A stretch of 64,000 nt of DNA. Origin: the human T2T-CHM13v2.0 reference genome, Homo sapiens. How positions within the stretch are numbered: position 1 is the stretch's first letter; the number at the start of each line of letters is the position of its first letter. Made by a program: the position numbers and the translations under genes. Shown here in pieces: positions 44,575 to 63,819 of this stretch. The notes under the pieces are model-generated. The model had not been told where the DNA came from, searched no databases, and saw nothing but the letters and a program-made list of their open reading frames with translations. The DNA is taken from assembly GCF_009914755.1 (NCBI RefSeq), contig NC_060928.1; one strand, 5' to 3'.

Positions 44575-44850
44575 TTTTTTTTAGAGACAGGGTCTCACTC
44601 TTTTACCCAGGCTGGAGTGCAGTGTCACAATCATAGTTCAGTGTAACCTTGGACTCCTGGGCTCAAGCAATCCTCCCACCTTAGCCTCACTGAGTTGCTA
44701 GGACTACAGGCACATGCCACCATGTCCAGCTAAGTTTTTTTTCATTTTTGTAGAAACGAGGTCTCGCTATGTTGCAGTTTGGTCTCAAACTCCTGGCCTC
44801 AAATGACCCTCCCACCTCTGCTTCCCAAAGTGCCAGGATTACAGGAATGA
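44575..44850 (-). mobile_element. AluJ
   Basis: diverged Alu consensus. Confidence 0.85.
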
Positions 44851-44869
44851 AACCCAAATGTAGTATTTC

Positions 44870-47560
44870 TATCATACAAGATTGTAACTTCACCTTCCTG
44901 ACATTATGACTTGGGGAATCTAACTCATGACAAAGCCCATAGTTATTTGATACTCCCATTGTCAGGCACTCAATTTCTACTGTGGTAGCATTCTAGAAGC
45001 TGTTTTTCAAATGGTGAGTACCTCTCTGATATGCTAATTTGTGCTCATTCTAGACTTCTTTCCTGCATACCTCTTACTGGGGCTTTCCAGAAACTCTGCA
45101 CATCATCCCTACCTAGCATGATTACTCCTAATTCCATTGGATATGCCTGGTCTTCTGGCCTAAGCAGTAAAGTAGCTTGCACTACAGGCTGCACCTGCTT
45201 CTGAGCCTTCTTTGAGCTCCACTCAAAATAGTCTCCCAACTTACCTAAGAAATTAGTCAAAGCAGTATTCTGAAGTAGAATATGTACTGTCACTACAGTC
45301 CAAAGAGGCCCATTGCTACTGTGCTCTTTTTTGGGGGTGAAAAGTTTGAAGTACGATAACATTTGCTTTACCTTAAAGGGGATATCCCTGCATAGCCCAA
45401 ACCATTGAGTCCCTAAAATCTTCATAAGTATGGCAGACCCCTAAATCATTGTAGGATTTATCTCTCAGGCTATGACGCAAGACCCATGGGTCTTGCCAAG
45501 GTATCCAGAATACTTCCCACTTCCTTGCACCAACACAATTAACATGATGTCATCAATATAATAAATACTATGATGCTCTGTGGAATGTTAAGATACACAA
45601 AGTTCCTTCCTACTATACTGTGACAAAAACCTGAAGAGTTAACATAACCTTGCAGCATGGAATATATTTTGCTATCTTTTCTGCATAAATGTCCTCTGCT
45701 TTGATCCTCTTTCCAGATGGGAAAAGAAAACATCTGCCAGATCAACAACTGAAACTGCCATTGCAAAATTATAACTGAGACAGTGAAAGAGGTCTGACCT
45801 AACCGACTCCATCTTGCTTCTAACCTCCAAGCTGTCCTTGTTCGTTCCTGGGTGTAGGCTGATCTAACTTTGGGAGAAACTTAGTTTACAATTTACAACA
45901 AAGATGATAACAGCCCTCTCCCAAAACAAATCCCCTTCTTTCCTGGGAACTAGACTGCCTTTGTAGGACTAACGAATTAGCCAAAAGATTAGAAATTATA
46001 GTTTAGGAGTCATACAGCTGGAGGCTACAAGATTCTGAATCTCCTCAAATTTCTCTTGGGGATAACATGACTCTTACAAAGCCTAAGATCAGTGTTTGAG
46101 ATATTTTGCAGACTCTGCACTCGATGGATCAGCTGGCACCACTCAGATCGATAAACTGGCTCATCTGAACTTGTAGCCCTCACCCAGGAACCGACTCAGT
46201 GCAAGACAGCTTCGACTCCCTGTGATTTCATCTCCGACCAAATCAGTCAGCATCCACAAATCATTGGCTGCCACCCACTCACCAAATTATCCTTAAAACA
46301 TCTGATCCTCAAATGCTCGGGGAGACTGATCTGAGTAATAACAAAACTCAGTTCTCCCTCACAGCCAGCTCTGTGTGAATTACTTTCTTTATCACAATTC
46401 CCCTGTCTTGATAAATCAGCTCTGTCTAGGGAGTGGGCAAGGTGAACCCACTGGGCAGTTACTCAACCACATACCAAGTGCCAGAGGCTGGACCTGGACC
46501 TGTGATACTATGCTCTAATAAGATACTGCTTTGGGGGCTACCACTGGGCTCAGTTCATCATCACCCATCTTGATCCATCTGATTTTTTTCAGGGGTGATA
46601 GCAGTAAACTGAATGGGAATATGATAGGAACCACCACTCCTGCATTCTTTAAATATTGAAAAATGGTATTAATTTCTGCAATTCCACCCAGGATATAATA
46701 TTGCTCTGATTTATTGTCTTGGCTTGGAGAAACAATCTCGGGGATGATAGGATTTTAGAATAGCAGAAGCCAACTAGTTGCTTTAACCAATTGGCTCTTC
46801 CTACCATAAGGGTTCTTACTCACAGGTCAGTGAAACAATATGAGCATTCTTCCAATTGCAAAGAATATCAATCCCAGTTATGCCCAAGAGGACTGGGGAA
46901 ATGATCACAGGTTGGGTCTCTGGACCCATTGTACATATTGTAACATAGATCTAGGCTAAGACTCCACATGTCTCCTCTGTAATCATGGAGCCAAGAAAGC
47001 ATTTTCAGATCCCCTGATATCAGCATCAGTTCAGATCCTATGTCCAAAAGCTCTCAAAAGTCTTCCTCTTTCTATAGCATACAATTACTCTGTTAAACAG
47101 CTACAGTTTCCTTTGAGTTAGGATTGATATATTGTATATGCTTGCAGTGACATTGAGGGGTCTTTCATTAGGCAGACACAGCCTCTCCAATTGGTGGTCT
47201 CTGATCAAAAGAATTAACTAAGCTGGAAACTGGACCAGAGATTGCAGGTTTCCACTATGGTAGCTGATATCAGTTTTCTTCACAGCAACTCTTGATTTTT
47301 TTTTTTCTGATTGTATAAGCCAAGCAATGTGCTAGCTCACTCTTTATCTCATTTGCCCCAAGGAAAATATAGTCTATTAGACACTGCCACAGATATGTGC
47401 AGGACTCAGTGCCCCAGATGCAACTCTGGTCTTTCTACCTGGCATGATAATTACATCCACCATGATACTGATGGTTAAATGTTACTACCCTGACCTCTGC
47501 TATTCTGGAATTCCATCATCACAATTGACACTATAGAACCCAGTTCCATACAGAACGGAG
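44870..47560 (-). pseudogene. Decayed ERVL-class internal region (gag-protease-RT-RNaseH) interrupted by LTR8
   Basis: RT YIDD at 45549-45560; QGYVNS motif; KILGTQW..CRDIP.KVK and QVQPVVQATL resemble ERVL pol; protease LLDIGSEL at ~47025-47050; frameshifts and stops. Confidence 0.85.
45750..46463 (+). mobile_element. LTR8 (ERV1) solo LTR
   Basis: TGAAACTGCCATTGCAAAATTATAACTGAG start; 4-bp TSD CAAC. Confidence 0.88.
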
Positions 47561-48199
47561 CCTTAGGCATCCAGCCGTTGGGGTGTGCCACTCAGATCTC
47601 CTTTAAAGGAAGAAATTGCCATGAGGAATGTAGTTATCTGACAGCCTCCAGCTGCCTCAACTTTGAGGTCTTTCGCAGCATTCACTCAAAGGCCACATAG
47701 TCCTGGTCAAAGACTAAACATGGCAAAGTTTCTAGAGCTGGTCCATTCTTGCTCATCATAGGATTCCTCTAATGGGAAATCTTTCCCCAAGGGTTCCGCA
47801 TTAGCCTAACCAAGACTTTCTCTGAGACTCTTAGTTATTATGATGCTACTTCCACCAGCACCAGGGTTCTTGTTGCTATCTGGCTGTTGAGTGATTCAGT
47901 CCCACTGAGCAATGTCAACCTGATTGTCTTTCTTTGTTTTTAAGAAACAGGGTCTTGCTCTGCTGCCCAGGCTGGAGCACAGTAGTGTGATCATAGCTCA
48001 CTACAGCCTTCAACTCCTGGGCCTTAGCAATCCTCCTGCCTCAGCCTCCCAAGGAGCTATGGCTGCAGGTATCCGCCACCACTCATTGACAGCCACTTCC
48101 AGTACTCACTGTCTTGGACACAGACTTGAGTAAAAGTACAGGTAATTTATTTGGGAAATGATCTCAGGAAGCAGGTAATGAAGTAAGAGAGATAAATGA

Positions 48200-48537
48200 A
48201 AGGTTCTGTCTGGAAGTTCTGAAGGAGAAACTATCCCATGTCCCTCTCCTAGCTTGTAGTGGCTGCAGGCAATCCTTGGTGATCTTTGGCTTATGGATCC
48301 ATCACTTCAATCTCTGCCTCTGTCTTCACATGGCTTCTTCCCTGTGTATGTCTGTGTCTCTGTGTCCAAGTTTCCATCTTCCTTTAAGGCACCAGTTATT
48401 GGATTAGGGACCATTCTAATTCAGTATGGCCTTATCTTAACTTGATTACATCTGCAAAGACTCTATTTCCAAATAAAGTTACATTCTGAGGTTTCTGGTA
48501 GACATGGATTTGGGGAAACACTATTCAACCCAGTACA
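48200..48537 (-). mobile_element. MLT1B/C LTR fragment
   Basis: CAATCTCTGCCTCTGTCTTCACATGG...CTATTCAACCCAGTACA. Confidence 0.7.
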
Positions 48538-49919
48538 GGCTCCAAAGACAAATAACTAATTGCATAGTTCTGTCCTTTTGGCCACACGGAAATGTGGCTT
48601 CAGGGACCAACAGAGTAACTGTTATTATACATATTATCTTGTTATAATAATGGTTATTATGCACATTTATAATGATTTACATCACTGGATAACTGAACAG
48701 TCAAAGTGTTCTCCTAACATGTGCCAGAGCCAAAGTATAACGGTAAACCGGGCCAAGAGCATTCTTTAGTTCAGTGATTTCCAAACCCTTTACCCACAGA
48801 ATCCTTTGTTCAAATGACATTTCATTAGGGGTGTTCAGACAAACATAATGGATAAAAACTGTTCTTGCAGAAACAGGGCCGGTAGGACCAGAGGCTCCCC
48901 CTCCTGGGTCAGATTATGCAGTAAGGAGCTTCACAGAATACGACTGGAAATCCACATACCCACTTTTCTGTTTAATTCAGGAAGCAGTTGCTAAACACAA
49001 CTAACAGAGCAAAGTAAGTACACAGGGCTAAGAGAAGAGGTAGAGAGAAGAACAAAATGAATTTAGGAAAGACTAGAAAGGAGATTGTTGTGGGCACTTT
49101 AAGTATTTGGATCCAAAAAGGAGAGGAAAAGTCTGAGAATACCGATCTGTGGCTTCCCGGTGATCCCAGAAGAAAAGGTAAAAGGATGAAGAGGAAAGGG
49201 AAGGAAGAAGCTACTTATACAATGATTTAAAGTGGTAGCTGATGTTTTATGGCTTCTTAGATGAAGCTCTAAAGTTTTCTGAGTCAACTTTGAGTCAATT
49301 AGCTACATAGGGCAAGCATGTTTACACTGAATGACTTAGAGATCTTCCCAAATAAGTAGACAAACAGAAGACTTTAGTCTCCAGCCTCATTAATCTAATA
49401 CCTTTTGTGAGCACTTAGCTTGTATACAAAGCCAAATAAAAGCATTCTATCTAAATAAATCAATAATAATTTATATCTTCTGAGCTCTCCAAAGAGAAAT
49501 GTTTATATGTAGAGAAAATAAATAAATAACATGACATTTAAAGGAATAAACGATTCTACCCCACAACACACAGGGCAAAGTGAGATACTAAGCCATTCAA
49601 TGAGTCTTTAGTGTCTTTACCAAAGAGGGAAAGTATCTGTCAAGATGCCAATGGATTAGTCAAACTTTTCTAAGAAAACATTTTAATTTGTTGTCGGAAA
49701 TAGTTTTATAGTCTAACTTATTGATTCTCACATGTTGAAACTAGCTGAGCCTAATAAGGAACTAAGTATAAGTTGGAAACCATTCGGCTATCAAAATACT
49801 GCTAAATAGTATTACAACAATTTCATGAAATGCCTGAATAAGATATTTCATTCAGCAAATGCTATGCCACCAATACCACCTCAATGACTAATTTCTTTCA
49901 GTGCAAGGTTCTCCTTGTA

Positions 49920-50700
<781 letters not shown>

Positions 50701-51103
50701 TCTCACTCCCTCCATGAGGCTCTCTTTGATTTCCAAAGTTCTCCTTTTCTCAATGGCCACAAGGGGCAAGAGGCCTGGATGAAGAAATACCCTCAGAAAC
50801 TCCCACTCTTCTGGTTCCTGCTGAAGACTCCAGTAATAAAAGTTATTCATACCTACCTCCACCATCTTGGCTGGGAAGTCAAGGTATAGCAGAAGACTGA
50901 GTGTCTGGGCTACCCTGCCTGGGACCTGGGGAAGGGGGCTGTTGACACCAATATCAGAGATTCAAAGTAACAGAGATGGAAGGGAGGGTAGAATGTATCT
51001 GGTGTCTGTTAGAAAAGCACAGCACAGGGCAGTAGTGAAGAAAGGGGCTTCATAGGCGCTGCAACTGACCAAACCACTGCAATCTCCCAAGTGGTGCAAG
51101 CAC

Positions 51104-51467
51104 TGCAGTGGCCTGAATGTTTTTGTCCCCACAAAACGCCTATGTTGAAGCTTTATCCCTACTGTGATGGTGTTAGGAGGTGGGACTTTTAGAAGAGATT
51201 AGGTCATGAGTGTGAAGTCATCATGAATGGCATTAGTGCCCCTATTAAAGGGACCCCAGAGATCTTTCTTGCTCTCTTTCCTCCATATGAGGATACAGGA
51301 AGAAGATAGCAGCCCGCAACCCGGAAGAGGGCCCTCACCAGAACCTACCATGCTGGCACCCAGACCTCAGACTTCCAGCCTCCAGAAATGTGAGAAATAA
51401 GTTTCTGTTGTTTATAAGTCATGCAGTCTACTATAGTTTGTTATAGCAGTGCGAACGAACTAAGTCA
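51104..51467 (+). mobile_element. MLT1A/MST-type MaLR solo LTR
   Basis: CTGAATGTTTTTGTCCCC...GTTTGTTATAGCAG..AACTAAGTCA. Confidence 0.75.
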
Positions 51468-51603
51468 GGTCCCCCAGGGTGTTTCATGTGCTGTGTCAAG
51501 GGGCCAGACATGTGACTTGTTCAATGTCTCACTTATGGGGGGCCACTTTGTGCTAGGCACTGTGCAAGATGCTGAGAGTAGACACCTTGGCTCTCATGGA
51601 TCA

Positions 51604-52096
<493 letters not shown>

Positions 52097-52280
52097 TCAG
52101 GCCAAATTATTTTTGTCATTTAGCTGCCAAGACAGACAGCACTGCCATACATAACTCCAAAAATGTGTTGTTTTCGTCCCTGTGTGTCACACTACTAGCA
52201 GCAGAGAGGGCTTCCCTCACAGCTTATTCTGTTATCTAGAACCAAAGATTCCAGGGCTACAAGTGATCTTTAAAAAATCA

Positions 52281-52595
<315 letters not shown>

Positions 52596-52932
52596 TCATC
52601 TAGTCCTACCCCCTAACTTTCAGAAGAGAAAACCAAATCCAAAAAGGTTAAATTAATTGCTAAAAGTTGAATCTCTAGCTAGGAACTAGAATGCAAGTGC
52701 CCAGACCTTGTTGTAGTCCTGATGTTATATCGTCAATGGGATCGCTATGCTAATTTAAGCATTAAAAGCCTTCACACATGCACTGAATGGGTCCATCTAC
52801 ATATGGGAACTGACTTAAACATGTTTTTACTCAAGAGATTGTTGTTTCCCACAGCTTTCCTTTATAACAACTATTCCATGACAACTAAAGAATTGATGAT
52901 AGATATACAAGATAGAGTGAATGTGATGGTTA

Positions 52933-53231
<299 letters not shown>

Positions 53232-53234
53232 AAA

Positions 53235-54131
<897 letters not shown>

Positions 54132-54235
54132 GTGACATAGTCATGTGCAGTCTTATGTTCTAATATAGTCTTCCTATTAGAGATAAAATTAAAAAAAAAA
54201 ATTCTGACTCTCCTGTGTTTCAAAATGCACCTTGA

Positions 54236-54558
54236 TTTTTTGTTTTCTTTCTTTCTTTTTTTTTTTTTTTTTTTTTAAGATAGAGTCTCACTCTATCACC
54301 CAGGCTGGAGTGCAGTAGCACACTCACAGCTCACCACAGCCCCGGCCTCCAAGGCTCAAACAGTCCTCCAACCTCAGCTTCCTGAGTAGCTGGGACCACA
54401 GGAAGGCACCACCATGCTCAGCTAATTTATTTATTTTTTGTAGAGATAGAGTCTCCCTATGTCACCCAGGCTGGTCTTGAACTCCTGGACTCAAACAATC
54501 CTCCTGCCTCGGCCTATCAAGGTGCTGGGATGACAGGCATGAGCCACTGCGCCTGGCC
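54236..54558 (-). mobile_element. AluJ
   Basis: Alu consensus. Confidence 0.88.
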
Positions 54559-54884
54559 CAAAAGGCACTTTCAAAGTAATTTTATTAGATTTTTCCAGCT
54601 GCTAATACAAATCATTTGGTAGCACCACCATAGATCAGACACATTAAAAAACAAAGAATAAGTGTGAAATCCCAAAAGTGATCACCAATATGAACACTAC
54701 AATATTCTAGTTGTTTTCTATTGAATTAGGAGATTGAGTTCCTGCACTGGTAAATTTTATTACTAGATCATAAGTCCTCTGGGAAAGCAGGTCAGCTTAG
54801 GGTATGGGAAGAGAAATCAGAGTCTGATAAAAAACAGCAATAATCAGCATTTGTTTGGTGTCTACTGTACGCCAGGCACTTTGC

Positions 54885-55660
54885 AATTATTCATTCATCC
54901 AACAGATATTATTGAGCACTTTTTATGTTCCTGACATTGTTCAAGGCTCTGGAGATACAGCCATGTTAAAACAGATTTGATTTCCTGTTCTCATGGAACT
55001 TACAGTTTAGAGAAGGGAGACAGACAAGTAACAAATGTTATAGAGAAAAATTAAGTAAGGTAGTGCCAGGTAAAATAAGTTCTAATTTTCGTCAGAGTTG
55101 TCAGGGAAGGTATTACCAAAGCCAAGGTGACATTTGAGAGTAGAGCTAACCAGATGTGGTGGCTCATGCCTGTAATCCCACTGTTTTGGGAGGCTGAGGC
55201 AGGCAGATTGCTTGAGCGCAGGAGTTTGAGATCAGCCTAGGTAACACAGTGAGACCCTATTTCTACAAAAAATACAAAAAATTAGCTGGGCATGGTGTTG
55301 TGCACCTGTAGTCCCAGCTACTCAGGAGGCTGAGGTGGGAGGATCACCTGAGCTCCGGAGGTCGAGGCTGCAGTGAACTGAATTGTGCCAAAACACTCTA
55401 GCCTGGGCAAGAGTGAGACCCTGTCTCAAAAGAGAGAGAGAGAGAAGAGAGCTGAATGAAGGAGGTGAGAAAACAAATTTCATATGGGGGAACATTTTTC
55501 AGACATGGGAGCAAGCAAGTACAAGGGGCCTACTGCAGATGGATGTTTGTGTGCTCAAAGAACAGCAAGGAAGCTAGGAGGGCTGGAGCAGAGTTCAGCA
55601 AGGAGACAAGTCATAGAAGAAGATAGGTCATAGAAATAGCAATGGACCAGATTATGCAGT
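54885..55660 (-). mobile_element. L2 relic interrupted by an AluJ (55148-55447, +)
   Basis: TTCATTCATCCAACAGATATTATTGAGCAC L2 terminus. Confidence 0.78.
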
Positions 55661-55707
55661 CATAAGCATCTTTGAGACAGATAGTAATGTTAACATAAAT
55701 GAGATAA

Positions 55708-55992
<285 letters not shown>

Positions 55993-56796
55993 TAATCTTC
56001 CCACTTCATTATGTTATCTTTCTCCAGAAAAAGCTTAAATCCTCTCTGATGGTTTTGTATATCCCTAGTATAGTGCTTACAGTAAATATTTGCCTTTTCT
56101 TTTTTACTAGCCAACATCACGTATCCTTCCTTTGTGGCGAGAAATCCCCATTGTGTCCGTCTTGGTTTGTCATAGTGAAATCATGTGGTTTCATATTCCT
56201 TCTTCCCAGTCTAGGCAGCTAGGGTGAGGGCATGGGATCTGAGTCAACTCGATGCCCCTTTCCTAGACTGAAACTTGAGAATGTAGTGCAAAGATGCAGG
56301 GTCAGGTGGCCACATGAGTCATCTGGCAATGCTGGTGGAGAGCATCTAGCAGGGCAATGGCAGCAGTGGCATCCTGACCGGAAGTGCCTGCAGTATGACC
56401 TTGGAGGTATTCCTAGAATCCTCCACTTTTCTTGGCCTGGTTTCCATCATTGCCAAATATTCTGTGACCCAAAAAAGTTGAGGGAGCACCTTCAGCTCCA
56501 ATTATGTACTCTTGCTGAGAAAAATTGTGTAAGACTTCGGAATGCGGAAAAAAAAAGATTACTTTTTTCTCTGAAGATTTATTTTCTTTTCTAGAATGTT
56601 CTATACAGCATACTCTTCCCATGATATTGCTACCTTTTATTGTATTTCAACTATTTTACAACTCTATAATTTGTAGAGAGCCAAAAATAATACAAATGTT
56701 TCTTGTCCATACAAATGCAAATTAGTTGTATTGGAATGCAATTGATTATCACCTGTGGATAGATCAATGTTACATATGCCTTCAAATTCATGTGAG

Positions 56797-57054
56797 CTTT
56801 TTTTTTTTTTGAGACACCATCTGGCTCTGTCACCCAGGCTGGAGTGCAGTGGCCTGGTCACAGTTCACTGCAGCTTCGACTTCCCTGGCTCAAGTGATCC
56901 TCCCTCCTCACCCTACAGGCATGCACCACCGTGCCCAGGTAATTTTTTCTATTTTCTGTAGACACAGAGTGTGACTATGTTGCCTAAGCTGGCTCAAGCA
57001 ATCCTCCCACCTCTGCCTCCCAAAGTGCTGGGATTACGAGCCACTGCACCCAGC
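56797..57054 (-). mobile_element. AluJ with deletions
   Basis: Alu consensus. Confidence 0.85.
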
Positions 57055-57378
57055 ACACTTTAGTATTTTTTATCTTCTTACATATGTGTATGGTACTTTA
57101 AATTCTACTTTCAACCTGTTGTAAGTTTTTACTGGTTCTCTCAATAGTTAATGATTTAAATAAAATCTATGCCAAGTCACATTTACTTATCCATTTAAGC
57201 ATTCTTTATCTGCTTATATGTATGTATGCAGTACTTTGAATTCTTTCAACCAGTAACATTTTATGGGTTCCCTCAACAATTAGTGAGTTAACCAAAATTT
57301 GTTACATGTATTCATTTTATATTTATATCAGATGCATGATATAAACATTCACCTTTTAAAAATATTAGCCTTTTAAAT

Positions 57379-57905
57379 CATTATATAAAGAAGATGCCTG
57401 CACTCACATGTTTATTTCAGCACTGGTCTCAATAGCAAAGTCATGGAATCAACTTAAGTGCCTATCAATGGAAGACTGGATAAAGGAAATGTGGTATATA
57501 TACATCATGGAATATTATGCAGTCATAAAAAAGAATGAAGTCATGTTCTTTGCAGCAACCTGAATGGAGCTAGAGGTCATTATCCTGAGTGAAATAACTC
57601 AGAAACAGAAAATCAAATACCACATGTTCTCATTTATAAGTGGGAACTAAACAACAGGTACACATGGCCATAAAGATGGAAATAATAGACACTGGGGACT
57701 GCAAAGATGGGGAGAAGGGGAGAAGGATAAATGTCAAAAAAAATTATAACCTATTGAGTACAATGTTCACTATTTAGATGATGGGTACCCTAGAAGCCTA
57801 AACCTCACCATTACACAATGTATCCATGTAACAAACCTGCACATGCACCTCCTGAATCTTAAAATAATAATAATAATAATAATAATGTAAAAATAAATTT
57901 TTAAA
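57379..57905 (+). mobile_element. L1PB/L1MA 3' end with (TAA)n tail
   Basis: GCAAAGTCATGGAATCAAC..AAAAAGAATGA..TTCTCATTTATAAGTGGGAACTAA; TSD ATTAGCCTTT. Confidence 0.85.
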
Positions 57906-58139
57906 AATTAGCCTTTAACAATAATGAACAGGAAAAAAAATCACATCATGGTTCTGTCTTCAGCTCAGAGGTCTCCCCTCTCACCTCCACCCACCACACA
58001 CAGCCATGTACTTCATGGAACAGGAGACAAGGGCTCACCTTAGTTCTGGCCTTAACCAATTTGCTAATTCACATAGCCTCCATGGGCTTCAGTTTGCTCA
58101 TCTTCAAAATGAAGAGGATGGCTTCAACACTCTACTATT

Positions 58140-58855
<716 letters not shown>

Positions 58856-59445
58856 CTATTCAACTCAGCTCTGCTTCCTTCTGATTTACTGTGTTACCTA
58901 CCCTATGTCCTTTCCCCACACTATCCCTTGTGAGCTTCTCTTTCCTTTTTCCTGATACTCCTGTGTTTACTTCTCTTTATTTCACCTTCCAACATACCAT
59001 GTCCTATTTTCCTACTCTTACTTTCTCAACGTTTAGCTCCTCTGTATTCAGCTTCCTGTCTCCCCACCTCCCAAAACACACACACACAACACACACACAC
59101 ACACACGAATACAGAGCTCTTTGTGGGAATCAAACGACTATAAAAAAAACTTGTACTTATTATAGGATTACATGGAAAAAACAAGTAATTTCCACTCAGA
59201 TTTGCCCTCAATCCCTCCAGAGAAACTACCTCAAAACAAAATAAACAAGTGCTTTACTAAAAAACAAACTAGTAGAACAAACAAACCACTTTGATCCCAC
59301 TGTTCAGTTTAACCCAGAGGTAGATAATAGCACAAGTAATGTGCTTTCTTTTTATTCCTCCATGATTTCTCTTGCCAGAAGCACATTCAGACCCTCAGCC
59401 TTCCCCAGAGGGGCACATCCGTGCTTACTTTTTGTTTTCCGTGGA

Positions 59446-59775
59446 TGCTATGGTTTGAACGTTCCTCCTTCAAAATTTATGTTGAAACTTGACCCCATCA
59501 TGGTAGTATTGAGAGGTGGGGTTTTTGGGGAGGTGATTAAATCATGAGAGTTCCATCCCTGTAAATGGACTAATGCCTTATAATATGGCTAAAGGCCCCA
59601 TTTTGCCTTCCACCTTCTGCCATGTGAGGACATAACAAGAAGGCCCTAACCAGACACCAGATGCCAGCACCTTGTTCTTGACTTCCCAAGCTCCAGAACT
59701 ATGAGAAATAATTCTCAATTGCTCATGAATTACCCAGTCTGTGGCATTTTGTTATAGCAGCACAAATGGCTACAG
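59446..59775 (+). mobile_element. MST-type MaLR solo LTR
   Basis: TGCTATGGTTTGAA...TTGTTATAGCAGCACAAATGG. Confidence 0.75.
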
Positions 59776-60780
59776 AAGTCCACTCAGGCCTGTGTAGTAA
59801 GACTCAGGGTGTTTTATTATTTCCTTGTGCTTCCCACAACACACCAAGCATCTGCAAAGTCAGCCTCCCTTACAGAATCTGCTGTTACGAAATGCTTTTA
59901 TGTATATTTTTTTACTCAGTTTAGTTAAGAGTTCAGATGATAACTTGTCTACCCAAAGTAATGACTCAGTAAGAAAGCCAAATTAGATTCTCCCAAGAGT
60001 TGTTACCCACATTGTTGGTCAGTGTGATGTGATTTCTAAGGTTTCTTACAGCTCATAAAATGTCTTGGGGTGTTAGGAGGTTGTAGGAATTGTGTCAAAC
60101 AAAGAAGGCAAGAGAAACTTCCAGGCCAAAGAAATGCATGTGCAAAGCATGGACTCTTCAAACGGCCCCAGAATTCTGGGGATGGGGATTAAGTAGTTCA
60201 ATGTGGTAGCAGTAAGAGGACTGTGTAGAATGGAGGACAGGAGGAAGATAAACGCTTAGGAGGGGACAAGTCTTTAAAGATAAGAGAAAGCTCGACCGCA
60301 AGGGCCAATCTACCCCTGCACTGTCAGGGAGCTCACAAAAGGAGGCTTCTGTCCAATCTGCTGCTTTATAATTTAACGAAACATTGAGATGTGACTATTT
60401 CTCCTTTGAGCTACCCATTTAAACTAATAGCAGACAAATACTAAGAAGTCATTTGACCCTAACTGCTGAAAACTACAATTATAGAAAATGGATGTGTGGT
60501 TGGGACCTTTCATTTGTCTTTCCCCATGAAAATATGTGGGAGTGAGAATCTTTTCTTCCCCATATTCCACTTCCTCCCAGCACCTAGAAGTCATTGAGCA
60601 ATCATCATCAGAAATAAACATGCATAATTGCAATAACCTTTAAATACTTTATGGTGTATTAATAACTCAAGAATTTGGGACAAGCCCTGAACAAACACAA
60701 GGCAGCAGGTTTGCCTTTGGCCCTCTCCCAGCTCATGCACACTTTCATTTTGTTCTGTCTTCCCCATGAGATGCACCAGG

Positions 60781-63046
<2,266 letters not shown>

Positions 63047-63583
63047 TGTGTTAGTCTGGGTTCTCCAGAGAAACAAAACCAGTAACAGATAGAAATATAT
63101 ATATCCATAGTTAGAAATGCATGCACAGATACAGATAAAAATATAAAGATATTTATTATAAGGAATTGGCTGATGAAGTTATAAAGGCTAAGAAGTCCCA
63201 AGATCTACAGTCAGCAAGCTGGAGACCCAGGAGAACCGATGGTATAGTTCCAGTCCAAGTTCAAAGGCCTGAGAACCAGGAGAGACAATAGTGTATGTTC
63301 CAGTCTGAGTCAAAGATGAACAGCAGAAGACCAATGTCCCAGTTCAAAGACAGGCAGGGAGAAAAAAATTTTCTGATTCAGTCTTTTGTTCTTTTCACGC
63401 CTTCAATGGACTGAGTGAGCCCCACCCACACTGGGGAAGGAATCTGTTTTGTCTACTGACTCAAGTGTTAATTTGATCCAGAAACATCCTCATAGACACA
63501 TTCAGAAGTAACGTTTAACCAAATATCTAGGCACTGGGCACCCCATGGCCCAGTCAAGTTAACACATAAAATTCACCATTACA
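63047..63583 (-). mobile_element. MLT2B-like (ERVL) LTR, complete
   Basis: TGTGTTAGTCTGGGTTCTCCAGAGAAAC...CAGTCAAGTTAACACATAAAATTCACCATTACA; resembles the reverse of the MLT2 at 53235. Confidence 0.85.
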
Positions 63584-63819
63584 CTAGGTCAGTCTTACCC
63601 CGACCTGCCTTCTTGTCCTTTCCTCACACGTGCTACACCAGCTTTGCCCTTTCATCCATTTTCACCAATAACCAATTTTTTTGTTTTACCCAATAATCAG
63701 GGACTTACTAGGAGACCCCTTAATTGCCCTAAAAATTACTACTAAGATATTGATGAGTGCAAATGACTTAACAATTACTTTTCCTATTTGCATTTCACCT
63801 GTACTTTACCTAAGGAAGA

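Noticed and set aside
45045-45766. ERVL pol ORFs as a domesticated gene
   Set aside because: Frameshifted, interrupted by LTR8, protease motif mutated.
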